From contig JAUGWO010000084.1 of assembly GCA_049724395.1 (NCBI GenBank), positions 62,001 to 126,000 of the forward strand: DNA of 64,000 nucleotides, read 5' to 3'. Of the stretch, positions 12,380 to 24,727 are shown one piece after another. The notes below the pieces were generated by a model. The model made no database searches and had not been told where the DNA came from. It saw only the letters and a program-made list of their open reading frames with translations. The DNA comes from Spongospora subterranea f. sp. subterranea. Lineage: Eukaryota. Position 1 is the first letter of the stretch. Each line of letters opens with the position of its first letter. The position numbers were made by a program, and so were the translations under genes.

Positions 12380-15300
12380 ATCTACTGTAGGCAAAACTTT
12401 TTTCGCAGCTGATGGAGGTGGTTGCGGTTAACGTGGCGTTGCGGCAAGAGGCAATCTCTGAGAGCGGGGCATTAGGAATCCCCAGCAATCGCATTCTTTC
12501 ACAATCAGGGAAACTCAGCCGGTATTCTCTTTTTTGGAAAATGCAAAGGCAGCCAATCCACTCCGATTTTTTCATACCTGACAGGGAGCCCACTTTGAAA
12601 AATATACGATGATCTAAATATTGTGTATTATATTGACGATGAGCCAGGATCGTTAGACTGCTCTGTGTTGGGATTTTCAAAATCCAAATCGGAACGGATC
12701 TCACCTGATTCAGCGTCACTTTCGTCAACGACGTTGGCCGGTTCAACTTCGATGAGATCGGCAGGTTCTTCTTGCGACGGGGCAACGTCCGAAGGTGGCG
12801 GTATGTCTTCGACCTATGCCGAGATTTGATTTGACAGGCAACCAACGCAATAATGCAATTCGTTCGTTTACAGGTATTTCAAGAGACGGTTGTTCTGAAG
12901 CTGAAGGTCGTTGCCGCCTCAATCTGCGTAAAGCAGGCAGTACTTCTTCGGTGTCTGTAGATAAGAAAACTGCTTAACCACGATACTGATAGAATTAACA
13001 TTGGGCATAATTACTCGAAGGCTGAACGGCGGGATTCTCAGATGCAGTAGGAACAGCAACTTCCTGGACTGGTTCAGTTTTAGCCTTCTTATTCGAAGGC
13101 TCTGGCTCAGCCACCTCTGGCAAAGACGGACGCTTCCTGGGCACCGGTTCAAACTCGGACACTTCGTCGGCAATTTCTGAATTCTGCTGATTCGCCTCGA
13201 TTAACTGGCGCCGAAGTGTTGTCACCTGCCCCTGGCTATCCGCATTTTCAGCTGATCGTTGCGCCAATATCTGATGTTGGATCAAAACAATGGATTATGA
13301 TATTGAGCCAATAAAACAACTTGCTGTAGACTTTCAATTTCAGCACTGGCTCCAGCATTTCGCTCTTCGGCTAAGGAAAGTCGCTCCTGTAACTCGGAAA
13401 CCTGAGGACAGTTATCAGCAGCGTCTGTAGAATGTTGGGTCAAAAAACATACCTGCTCACCGCATGCGAAAAGCGATTGCTTCTGAAACAAAGGTAAAGA
13501 AATTAAAACCTACCCCAGAAGTAACAAAACAGAAAAACCTGGGTATCCAACTGGAATTGCAGAGATACAACTGTCTCATTCCTGATAAAGGATAAGATCG
13601 AGCAATAAACAATGCAATGCTATATTGCTACCTCTTTTCCAGTACGAGTTTCGACCGCAAACACAGTTCTCGCAGGGTTTTGATACACTTTTGGGCATCA
13701 GCAAGTTGTTGAACAAAGGACGAAGGATCGGGACGACTTTGCAATTCACGTTTAAGTTGATTAACTTGTTGCAAATTGAAAAGGGCAGATTTCTATAAAA
13801 AATCAACAAGGCAGAAAACGAGGAAACAAACAGAATGCTAATACCCGGATATTGTCAATATTGACTTGGCCTTGCGTCGCCTTGGAAATCTGAGCCTGGA
13901 GCTCTGTGATGCGGGACTAGGATGAATAGTTTTGTTAACAAAACTAAAACAGTTTACTACACCAATTATACCTCTTTGGCATTCAGTTTTTCTTCGAGTT
14001 CCTCGATTTGTTTCTTCGCATCCTCAAAGGACTGTTGCGCTTGTCGATACAGTTCAGGGTCGATTTGATTGTATCTGAGAAAGATAATGGTCAACTCAGT
14101 AATACTTTTGAAAAAATAAAGCTACCGAGAGAGGAGTTGTTGATTCCGATCTTTCCACCGCTGCACATCAGAGACAAGAACAGAATTTTCAGCCTCAAGC
14201 CTCAGAACTGTAGCATTCAGTTCTGATATTTGTAGCTGCATTGGCGCTACACTTTCTTCGAATTCTAATATCCTACGCTCCATCTGTAGGATCATAATAA
14301 CTGTGAGACGACGACAAAAATAACGAAGATGATTGAACAAACTTGCGAGCATTGAGCAATTAACTCTAGTTTTTGTGAGCGAAGCATTTGATTGCTTTCT
14401 AGAAGCACAGCGTATTCATCATGGGCCACGATCGGGGCAGGAATCGTGGTTTTTGGAGAATCCTAAATAGCCCAATTAGCAGGATGAATTAAGACATCAC
14501 CCCAGCAACCAACTTGAAGCTGAACGATGTGCTCCTGGGCTTTTTGCAAACTTGACCGAAGTTGCTGAGATTCAATCTCAAACCTGAGGGCCTGTCGCTT
14601 CGCGGCTTCTGCTTCCGCTTCGGCAATTTCTTTTTCAGAGCGTAAGTGCGACACAATTTGCCTGGTTCTTTCTTCACCTGCGTTGAGGCACTAAACGACT
14701 GGATACGAAAACAGCAATTCAAATAGGTACTTTCATCGCCTCCTGCAAGCATTTCGGTTCCAGGAGCGCCAACAACAATCCTTGATCTACCACTCTCGAG
14801 TTGAGAGAGTAAAAGGTCATTCTGCATCGTAAGGCTGTTAATTGTATCCCGAGCCTGGACAAAAATCATCAAAGCTGTCAAAAGCGAGTATAAGACGAAC
14901 TTGAGAAACTTGGTCATTGAGAGCAGCAATTTCGCGATACGCCTGATTTTGAAGGACATTGGCTGCATCAACCTCAGCACGCGAATGCTCTAATTGCTCT
15001 TTAACGGAGGTGAGATTATCCCGGAGCTCGTTGAGACCTGATATCGCCTTAGCATGACCAGTTAATTCGGTTTCGTATCTGCCAAAGAGGGCAATTGAGC
15101 AAAGGAGTCGTATAATGCGCGAAATTTGATAGAGTACCGCTTCATATAGTCAAGAGCTTCCTGTTCTTTGCTTTTGGCAAAAAACTCTGCAGAAGATAGG
15201 CGCAATTCTGCTTGCTCAACACGACATTCATATTCCGCAATCTTGGCTTGGCATTCCTCATTTACATGTTTCTTCGTGGTACTTTCCTAAAAATCGAATT

Positions 15301-18300
15301 GAGAAAACGAAATCAGATCTTTCCAACGGTATACCTCTTCCAGTTGAAGCATGATATCGTTATACTGTTGTTCAGAGGCATGACAATGATCTGTCAACTC
15401 TTGGATACGTTGCTTCAACGAGACGACGTCTGCTTCTAATCTTTGCCGTCTATCGACTTGCTCATTGAGCGCTTGTAAACGCTCATCAGCAACAGCTTTC
15501 CATGTATCCCGCTCCTCTTTCAACGAGTTCGTCGTCAGATGCAAAGTTTCCACCTCGGCCTGTGAAAATTTATCTGGAAAAACATCCCCTAATCACTCAG
15601 ATTGTTATAGATACCTGAGTATGGGCAAGCTCTGTCATGAGTTGACGTTCTGCCTTATTGCTGCTACCTCCAGCCGCGTGTTCTGCCAACATATCTCGTT
15701 CCTTTTTGAGAGCTCGTAGCTGCTCTACAACGTCAGCATGTGCTGCTTCTGCGGATGCAGCGGCGGCACTAAGTGCTGCCAACTTCTCATTGGCTTCATT
15801 GCCAGACCTGGTGGCCACCTCAAGCGATGCGTGGAGGGTGGCGCATTGTTGTTCGAGAACCTAATTTCCCCACTGAGAAACAGTGATTCGAACAGCGCAA
15901 TAATCCGACTTTGATATTCTGCTGCAAATTTCGCCTATCAGCAGTTGATTGTTTCTGAGATTGCAGCCAATCTTGGTATATCTTCTCTTTCTCAGCAGCA
16001 AGACCGGAAATATTTTTGGATTCGCCCGAATCCAGCCTGACAACCAATCAAACACAAGGGAAAATGCATCGAAGCCAAACTAACCTAGATTGTACCGACT
16101 CCATTGCCGATAGCAATTGCTCGTTATGACGACGAAGTACCGATAAGTCTCCACACTGCGCGGATAGTCGCTCCTCAGTTTTCGCGGCCAATTCCAGTTG
16201 CATGCGGGTCTGAAAAATCTTAGATGATGTGATCGCAAATCGATAAAGCTGGAATCCTCACTTGCTGGAGTTGAACAGATGTTCGAGTATACCGTTGGTT
16301 TGCTTCAGTCAAATCAGAAGACAAACCTGTTACTTTTTCTTGCAAAGAAGCCATCAGGACATCCTTATGAGCATCCTGAGATCTACGCTAAACGATTAGT
16401 TCTATCTGGGTGAAAGCGAAAATATGTTGAAGCGATACCTTAACCGTTCAGCTTCTTGCGACAGGCGAGTGACTTGAGAATTTGCCCATTCGAGCTTCTG
16501 TTTTGCCAAAGCGACTTCGCCTTCACAAGCTGCAAGTTTCATCATCGCTTCTCGGTGCTGTCGACGAGCATCATCGACGTCTTGCTGAGAGAAAACATAT
16601 GCCCAGATTCAAAAAAACTCCAGCATCAATCTACCTGTAATTGATACTCGCTGGCTTGTTTTTCTTTTTGCAACATCTCGATATGAATACGCAGTTCGTT
16701 GACATGAGAATTATTAGCAGCCTCCACAGTAGAGCTACTTAAGAAATCAGCCCAAAGATCATTGATAGCACGTCAATTTTGGCACGAACGGTGGAGGCGC
16801 GAGTGTTTGCAGCTGGTTTTCTGGTGACTCTCCGCGATGCGACAGAATCTGAGTTTCTAAACGAGCAAGTTTTAAATCACGGTTCTTGAGCTCATCTTCC
16901 AGTTGATGAACTACAAGCCTCCAATCATCCACACTGGATTCATCTCTTTCCTCTAGTAGCAATAATCAATAAATCAAATAGACAACTACTGCCAATATAC
17001 CATTGGGTTTGATCAACAGCTGTTGCGAAGATGGTCAGGGTCAACGAAGCAGCAAATCGGAGCTGTGGATTTTCCAAATCAGGGTCAACGAAGTCATCAA
17101 ATCGGAGCTGAGAACATGAAATGAGTTTAGAAGAACGATAAAAGTGATTGACATCGGACTCGTTCAAGAAGCCGATTTTTTATCGCGCTTTCACGGTTGG
17201 AAATTTCAATGGCATCCTGAAGCTGCAATAAAGAGACAGTCAGATGCATATAGAGGAAAAAATATATTCAAAAGCACCTTGCGCTGCAAAACGTCGCGTT
17301 GATGATTGGCTTCTTGGACCCGAATAGCAAGCTTTTGATTAACTTTCAAAACCTGAACGGGTGGAGAATGAAAATCGGGCGAAAACAAACAATAACAATC
17401 TATTACGTTCTCATAATCTGATCGTTGCTCTTGCAGGAGAGGAAGCTGCTCATTAACCTACTCCCTGTGTCAATGAGCTCTGTTGGCATAGAGAAACAAG
17501 CTGCAAACCTCGACTTGTATTTGTTCGAGATACAGCTCGAGCTTCCGGCTCCTTGCTTGCTCATTGATAAGCGCATTGCTACATTGAACAAGGCGACCAT
17601 AAATGTCATCAACTGTCACGTCTTTTAAAGAAACTTCTCCTAAAAAGTAATGAAATGAGCTCAACAGTCTTCAAACTCCTTCAAAAGCAACAAACCCATT
17701 TGTATCTGAAGATAGGGCTGTTCGCCATCCTTAAGCCTTTGAAGTTCAACGGTCAAAAAATCTATGCGCGATTTGGCTTCTGCTAACGCAGATGCATCGT
17801 CGCTGCTTTTTTGTCGAAACATTTCAGCAGATTCCGTTGCCGCAGAGTTATCAGTGCGCAGCTGCTGAACAGTTGTTTCCAACGATTCCACCTTAGCTCT
17901 GAGGGCGTTTAAGCTGCGCTTATACGTTGCGGATACGCGCTTCTCAGCATCCAATTCACCTGAAACAAAGCTCAATCATCGTGAGCAAACGATTTGCTAA
18001 ACTTAATATATACCTTGATATTGGCAGCATATGCTAGCGCAGGCGTTTTTTTCTTCCTGGACTTGATTCGCGACTTCCACCATTCGCGACTCAAGAGATG
18101 AAGTTTCCTCGACATTTTTCAGGAACCTGTCAAATGTTCATTACACTGCATGGTTGCCATTGCCCAATCAAGATTGACCTGCGCTCCCACTCAGAACACT
18201 GCACCTTCAAAGAATCAATATGGCTTGTCAATTCTCCAACTTGAGCACCATGTTTCCGTTGCAGCGTCAGAAACTGCTCTGAGCGCATCTCAAGCTCATC

Positions 18301-19066
18301 ATTTAGTGCCTCATTCTGTTTTGCCAGCAACGATTTTTGCTGCTCGATGTCGGCTGAAACAGATAATCATGTAAATATTCGACTCAAAGATATGATGGCG
18401 GTACTAAGCACAGACCAAGCTGAAACTGCAATGGCTTTAAAATCGCTTTCTCCACACTTAGAGCACGTTCGGCAGCATGCACCTGATAGTGCAGAGATAT
18501 CAGCGGGAGGAATCCTTTCCGTTGATGGGAATGTTAACCTGCTGAGTCATTTGAAGCTGTTTCTCGCTATAAAAACTGCAATCTTCCCGAATCCGATCAA
18601 TCTCAACTTCAAACTGTGCAGTCCTTTCCAATAATTGAGCATAGCGGATCTTCTCCTGCTCGGATTCAGTCATAAGCTGCTCTCTGGACGCCTGCAGCCG
18701 CTTTAGCTTCTCTTCCGCATCAGACGCTCCGAATTTGAGCCTTTCTACGTCGCGTTCTGCAATTTCCAATCGAACGCGAGTAGAGCTTAACTCCGTTTGA
18801 CATTCTGCCTGCGCAGCTATCAATGCGTCCTTTTCACGTTCACATTGGTGAAGAAGTTGCTCTGAAAATTTATACCTCAGTGTCGTCCCGCCAAGCGCAA
18901 AGAGTATTAAACGCATCTGAACGCGAACAGGAATGGATAACGACAAAAGAAAATCGAAAACAACGAACAGTATAACCACTAGTGCCCGTCAACCTAAATT
19001 AAGCCTTTCGGATTCATGGCGAGCTTCGGCCGTTTCCAGCTCCTGACGCAGCTGCAGCGCCGCCAT
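12380..19066 (-). CDS. TPR: Nuclear basket coiled-coil nucleoporin TPR/MLP1/NUA-like (many exons; ends approximate)
   Basis: Long heptad-rich exons with TPR/MLP hallmarks: LELYLEQI, VLKVNQKLAIRVQE, YETELTGHA, QNDLLLSQLE, HLRSEKEIAE, RWKDRNQQLLS..YNQIDPE. Acidic, Pro-rich tail. Confidence 0.8.
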
Positions 19067-19548
19067 TCGGCTCAATGCCTGGGCCGATCTGGTGGATAAC
19101 TTGCAATCTGATGGCCGGTGTTGTGCAAATGGGTCGCCCTGGAGAGGGGGCCAGGACAGAAACGGGGTTCAAATTATGGGGTTGCAGTTCAATGGTACCC
19201 CGTCTCGATAATATACACACCGTCGTCCTAACGTGCTCCCGTTACACCATCAGTCCATCACCAATTTTGCCGTGAGGTTGGCGCTACGCACGCCATGTCT
19301 GAACCTCGATGAGCCGTTTTCCTGGAAGCTTCGGTGGCCAACGACCCTGAACGAAAAAAAAAATCTGAGAAGCAAAGCGGGGAAGTGCTCTGATGGGCAG
19401 GTGTCGGTCTGGGTGCGTGTTAACTGCATGAATTAATCTATGGGGGCGTGTCTTGGTCGGGGTGACTGACTGCATGGATCGGCGTCGATGATTTGGCCAT
19501 GAACAGTACACCGATTCACATCGTACTATCGATATTGGCGGGTTGAGT

Positions 19549-20148
19549 ATGCAGAGATTTGCGGGAGCGAAAATGGGGCCCGGAGCCCCGGGATCGCCCG
19601 GAGTCAAACAGCTGTCGCTGCTCAAGATGAAAATCAAGGACCAGAAACGGATTCCGAAATCGTCACCGTTTCCCGCCGAGGAGGAATACAAAGAGATATC
19701 GTTGGTACTCTGCCAGGTCTGTGGACGAAATTTTTCAGAAGATCGTATCGTGCAACATGCACGGGTTTGCAAACACGCTAAACCTCGGAAAATTTTCGAT
19801 CCATCAGAGCACCGAACACGGAATACTGAACTTGCTCAGTTCTTCAAAGCGGCGAAAATCGCGGAACCTAATTCCAAAAGTGTTAAACAGAAATCTCAAG
19901 AATGGAAGCGTCGTTCTGAAGAGTTAAGGGATGCGCTGTCATCTGCGCGTGCTCCAGCAGGGTTGAAAGCGTTGGGCGCTCCTGGTGGAGCTCCCAAGGT
20001 GAATACGTCCTTCATTCCGTGCCCGCATTGCCAACGACGGTTCAACGCTAAGGCCGCTGAACGACATATCCCCCTGTGTTCTTCGATTGTGAATAGACCG
20101 AAACGCCTGGAAAGAGGTTCTGGGCGGAAGGCGTATTCAAGGGTCTGA
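19549..20148 (+). CDS. C2HC zinc-finger protein (ZC2HC1/FAM164-like), intronless
   Basis: Two zf-C2HC_2 motifs: CQVCGRNF..DRIVQHARVC...RKIFD and CPHCQRRFNAKAAERHIPLC. Confidence 0.85.
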   Translation: MQRFAGAKMGPGAPGSPGVKQLSLLKMKIKDQKRIPKSSPFPAEEEYKEISLVLCQVCGRNFSEDRIVQHARVCKHAKPRKIFDPSEHRTRNTELAQFFKAAKIAEPNSKSVKQKSQEWKRRSEELRDALSSARAPAGLKALGAPGGAPKVNTSFIPCPHCQRRFNAKAAERHIPLCSSIVNRPKRLERGSGRKAYSRV

Positions 20149-21749
20149 GGTAGTGAAATCGACGTTTGCCATGGTGGAAAAATTCCACTTATACATTTAT
20201 AAATGGAAATATTTTAATGCAAATTTATTTTACAAATGGCAAATGAATCATGGTCAGATCAGCTTGACGAATTGGCGTTTCTGTTCCGCGCTCAAACGTT
20301 TCTTCACGATAGAACTGCTGTCGATACTCGTGGACGATATCGATGTTTTCATATTCCGTCAATAAGCTGTTCCAAAAGCGCAGATCATGACGCGTTCGTA
20401 ACGGTTTGGGCATTCATCACGGCTCGAGGAGAGGCGGCATCATGATGTTCCTCTCAACCAAAGTCGCCAACGAGAATATAAGCAAACATGTGGTAAGTTT
20501 TCTGCACAGCGATGTGGATGTCACATCCTGTAATCTGCCAAGTGTCGTTTCGCAAACGGCCGGATCTCCGGCGATCGTGTCGGGATTGTCGACGACGGGT
20601 CATCTTCACGTCCTCAATACCATCCGCGACGACATCGTCCACAACGAGGGCGGAGACAGTCAACTCATCAGACACCAGATGGACAAGTACAACCATTCTC
20701 AACAAAACTAAAATCCGTTCAGCTTCGTCCTTGTAATGACCCTAAACTTACACAGGATTCTCCTCATCCTGGCCTTGCCTACAGTTCTACCCGCTCCCGC
20801 TCTTCCAATCAGTTCTGTGCCATCACTGTTCTCATCCCCTTTTTATGTTCAGGAATCGCGCTTACACTGTCATGTCACCCGATACACCAAGAATCCCATT
20901 CAAGGGAGCGCCTGGATTCTTTTTGCCAAGAAGTCTCGTCTCTGATACCAAGGAAGCGCATCAACGCTATTTCTCCAACGATGTTCACTCTCGCGATCTC
21001 ACATACTCATTCGCAGTGGCGAAACATGGCACTTCACAACATAACTTTGAATATATCAATTATTTTATGCCAAATCGACGTGGTCAATTCCTGAAAGTAC
21101 AACAGATATTTGATATGACAGCACGTGGGAAGACACGACTATTGGAATGTCAAACTACATCCAAGGTCACGTCGATGATGTTCATTTCAGTTTGAGGACA
21201 AATTTATGAGTGTACGGTTTCCTTTTAAATTATCATCAAATCCGTCGTTCTTTCCGGAACTTTCATTAGCAGTATGCCATGTCATTAGCCATCATTGGCA
21301 TGTGAAGGCAGTTGTCTACCTGTAGATGATTCCTCTTTTTTCGCCCCACAACAACCCATCGATCTCGACCATTCAACTCGCGCGATCATGGCCCCCATGG
21401 ATTCCTCCGGATTCGTGGAAAGAATTTCTCAATCACAGCACAATCGGATTCCGCCCGAAAAGCGAACTAAATATTCAGCTTCAATGAAATCGCTTCTTCG
21501 ACTTCGTCATCCATTAGTTCAACAATCAGCTAAATTCCCGGGGGCAAGCTTCCTTATCAGCACTACATTCTCTTTATGGGTCACCTAATTGGCGCCGCCC
21601 GTAATATCGCAGATGGGCAAAGGACGCCCGGTTTGTCCGACCACAGCGATTCGTGTTCTAAGGTAATCCTTCATGCTTTGTGACGGCTTCAATATGCAAC
21701 ATCGAACGATGGCGAAGCTTTGACAACACCACAGATTCTTCACAAAGGT

Positions 21750-22100
21750 CAATGAGTCTTTTCCAGATTCCTTTAGTCGATGCTGTGACCATTTCATGAA
21801 GATATGTGCACATGCTACTTAGTGTGTCGTTTAGTTGTTCGATGGGATTGGGATCACGTGGACTGTGCTCAAATGTGTCCTAACTCATCACTGTGACCAA
21901 ACTCTCTAGTTTCCTTCTGGAATCAACTTCGGGAATCAAAGAGCTGTGATTATAGCACAAATTTGTCCAGGATATGTGGAATCATGGTGGCATTCATAAT
22001 ATGCTGCTCATGTTCATCGACAGGCGTTTGTTTTTCACGTCTTACAGTAGGCAAAGCTGTGAAATTCAGAATCTCACAGATTCCGATAGCGGTATGTGCA
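21750..22100 (-). mobile_element. Possible highly decayed Tc1/mariner transposase fragment
   Basis: The minus strand reads HSPRDPNPIEQL (~21835-21870), resembling the SPDLNPIE motif. Little else is recognisable. Confidence 0.3.
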
Positions 22101-22161
22101 AATATAATGAAGATTCCAGCAAAGTGATGTTTGATAGATAATTATCACTTCAGCTTGATAC

Positions 22162-22761
22162 TGTTGACGTGAGTCACTAAATCATCGTTGAATCTTCATC
22201 CTTCTCTATTGAGTCAAAAAACAACTCTTCTATAACCACTAATCCATCTACCACTATCGTTTATCAGATTAAGAGTCCCATCACTCTCGAGACAAGATGG
22301 CGAAGAGTAGACGACGCGAAACAATGGCTTCCAGCCGAAGACAAACCGTCGATCCTAACGATAATGGACAAGCAGCTCAAGATGATCAGACAGTACATGG
22401 GCTGACGGAAGAAGTCAACTTGTCTCTATATAACACCGGCCTAAAACTGATCCCCCAGTTAGATGGATCCAACTGGGAAGAATTCAAAAGAAAACTGGAG
22501 ACCCAATCATGTACTGTCTGATCATCTTGGGCTGCTTGTCCATAATCGTTAGGATCGACGGTTTGTCTTCTGCTGGAAGCCAGTGTTTCACGTCGTTTAC
22601 TCTTCGCCATCTTATCTCGAGAGTGATGTGACTCTTAATCTCCTTAACGGTAGTGGTGAATGATTAAGTTGTAACGATAAGGAGTATTTTAAAAGAGTAG
22701 TTTTATTGACTTAATAGAGACGGATAAGGATTCAACGATGATTTAGTGATTCACGTTAACA
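22162..22761. mobile_element. Two convergent Copia 5' ends (LTR-PBS-gag) forming an inverted repeat
   Basis: Plus copy: LTR 22162-22266 (TGTTG..TATCA), PBS GATTAAGAGTCCCAT at 22267, gag ATG 22297. Minus copy: LTR 22761-22641, PBS from 22640, gag ATG 22610. Junction at 22507/22508. Confidence 0.85.
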
Positions 22762-22767
22762 ACTGTC

Positions 22768-22839
22768 GGCTTAGTGGTCTAGTGGCATGATTTCCCGTTC
22801 GGGTCGGGAAGGTCCCGGTTTCGATTACCGGCTGAGCCC
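22768..22839 (+). tRNA. tRNA-Pro(CGG)
   Basis: Same body as the TGG copies, with anticodon loop TTCGGGT; downstream T-runs. Confidence 0.95.
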
Positions 22840-23365
22840 ATTGTTTTGATTTTTCCTACAGCGAACCTACGGTAATCCTCAATCGTGCACCTGGAATGGC
22901 GTATGCATTCATTGAATTAATTCTCAGGTTAGCCCATTATGGGAAAGTCATCTGGAAACATTGGAGATAGATTCTTATGGGAGAAAGCAACTTCGCCCTA
23001 TCTTGTTGTAGCTTTTCTCAGGTCACGAAATTGCCTGGGCGGCCCAGAACCGACCAGCTGCTGGCGCTTTCATTCCACTAGCTTGTATCTCGGTTTCCCA
23101 TGAGACAGCGTGCAGTAATATTTCGATCCTGTACTCAAGGCGAAATCTTGAATCAGTTTGCGTAATCTCAACATCGCCGCCAAACAAGCCTTCAGATCAG
23201 AAACCAATGACATGGTTGGGTTCAAACAAATTCTCATGATGCTCTTGATGGAAAGCCAAATCAGGGACCTCGACTCGACGCCTCACTTTTCCTTGCACGC
23301 CCGTTGCAGCTGATGAAATACTAATACCTCGACCTCCAGTCGATTGTTTTGCACTGATCCGCCAT

Positions 23366-24650
23366 TGAGTCGTCAAGAGGCATGACTCAAATATGTCTCG
23401 TCTACACAACATCAACGATAATACGATAACAGCTGAAAACCACTCATGATTTTTCCCAACCATTCACCGTTATCTAGAATCCCACCAGCAACCTCAAGAA
23501 CACGATGGCAAGAGGCAAGCGACACAAACTGTCGATATTGAACCACCAGCACGAAACAGCAAAGTCCAGGAGGAAGCTGGAAGCGCAATTCACGATCACG
23601 GGAATTGAGACTCATTAATATTATCCCCAAGCAAAGAACTCTACATGAAGTTCGAAGCGACAACTTAGCTTACAGGAGTCTCCCCACTAATGCGACAAGA
23701 GAGCTTGAAACTGGGCGATTCACAACTGCGACGTATCTTGATGCGCCCAATATGACACCGTTAACCTTCAACACAACGGCGACAAAGTACCAAGTACGTC
23801 TGCTGAACAAAGCCATATACGGACGAAAACAATCAAGACGCGCATGGCAACATGAACTCGTTAAAGAAGATTTAGTCAGCCAACTGTACTGAAGGGACCA
23901 TGTCTTTTCTACCAACACAGCAACCAAGCATGACAATGATCGACACCTATGTAGACGACCTACTCATAACAGGAGACGATCCAGATGAAATCAGAGGTTT
24001 CGCATTATGAATTTGAAGGAATTTGAACACCTCCTTGAAATCGAAGCTTGAAAGACCAACAACGCCCTCACACTCCCTCAGGCAGCATTCGCTAAGTCCA
24101 TTGCGGAAGCAAATGGACAAGAGCTTCGCAAAGGTAGTTCCACAGCAATGGATATGGCATAGGAGACAGACGGCACCAAAAGCAAGGATGAACTCGAGAG
24201 GCGATCGGACCCCTAATGTACTGCACCTCGCGAACAACACTGTACCTAGACCCGACATTGCATTTGCGGTGAACTCGGTCGCAAGACATGGCACCAACGC
24301 AGCCCATGAAGCGTCTGTGCAGAACGATTCAGCACATCATCCAATACCATGTCATAAGAAACAAAATTAGCCCAACGCCCGGATTACTATCATGTAATGT
24401 CCGACGGCAAAGATGGTCGCCGACATTTTGACAAAACCGCCCACCGAACCGCGCTTACGAAACATGACGAACACATGATAACAACAGTGCACAAGACTTG
24501 TTTAGCGATGGGGCGTGGATTGGGCTATTGTGTCGTCGATAGGCATGACCACTCATTATGTATTAGCTACACGTTGATGATACAATCATTTCTCATTGTC
24601 GCTACTACTGAACATTGTCAAATATCTGTTGTTCTCATTCCTGTTCGACA
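23366..24650 (+). mobile_element. Internally deleted Ty1/Copia element with degenerate LTR pair
   Basis: gag start MARGKR (23505) and RT motifs LLNKAIYGRKQSRRAW, YVDDLLITG and RPDIAFAVN. The 3' LTR 24531-24650 (TGTCG..CGACA) shares gtcgtc.a.aggcatgac and tatgt...ctacac with 23369-23410. Confidence 0.85.
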
Positions 24651-24655
24651 AATTC

Positions 24656-24727
24656 GGCTTAGTGGTCTAGTGGCATGATTTCCCGTTCGGGTCGGGAAGG
24701 TCCCGGTTTCGATTACCGGCTGAGCCC
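24656..24727 (+). tRNA. tRNA-Pro(CGG)
   Basis: Identical to 22768-22839; T5 terminator downstream. Confidence 0.95.

Noticed and set aside
11363..24727. Four-copy 72-bp repeat as a CRISPR-like or novel dispersed repeat
   Set aside because: It folds as a complete tRNA-Pro cloverleaf with T-run terminators; there are no regular spacers or cas genes, and the DNA is eukaryotic.
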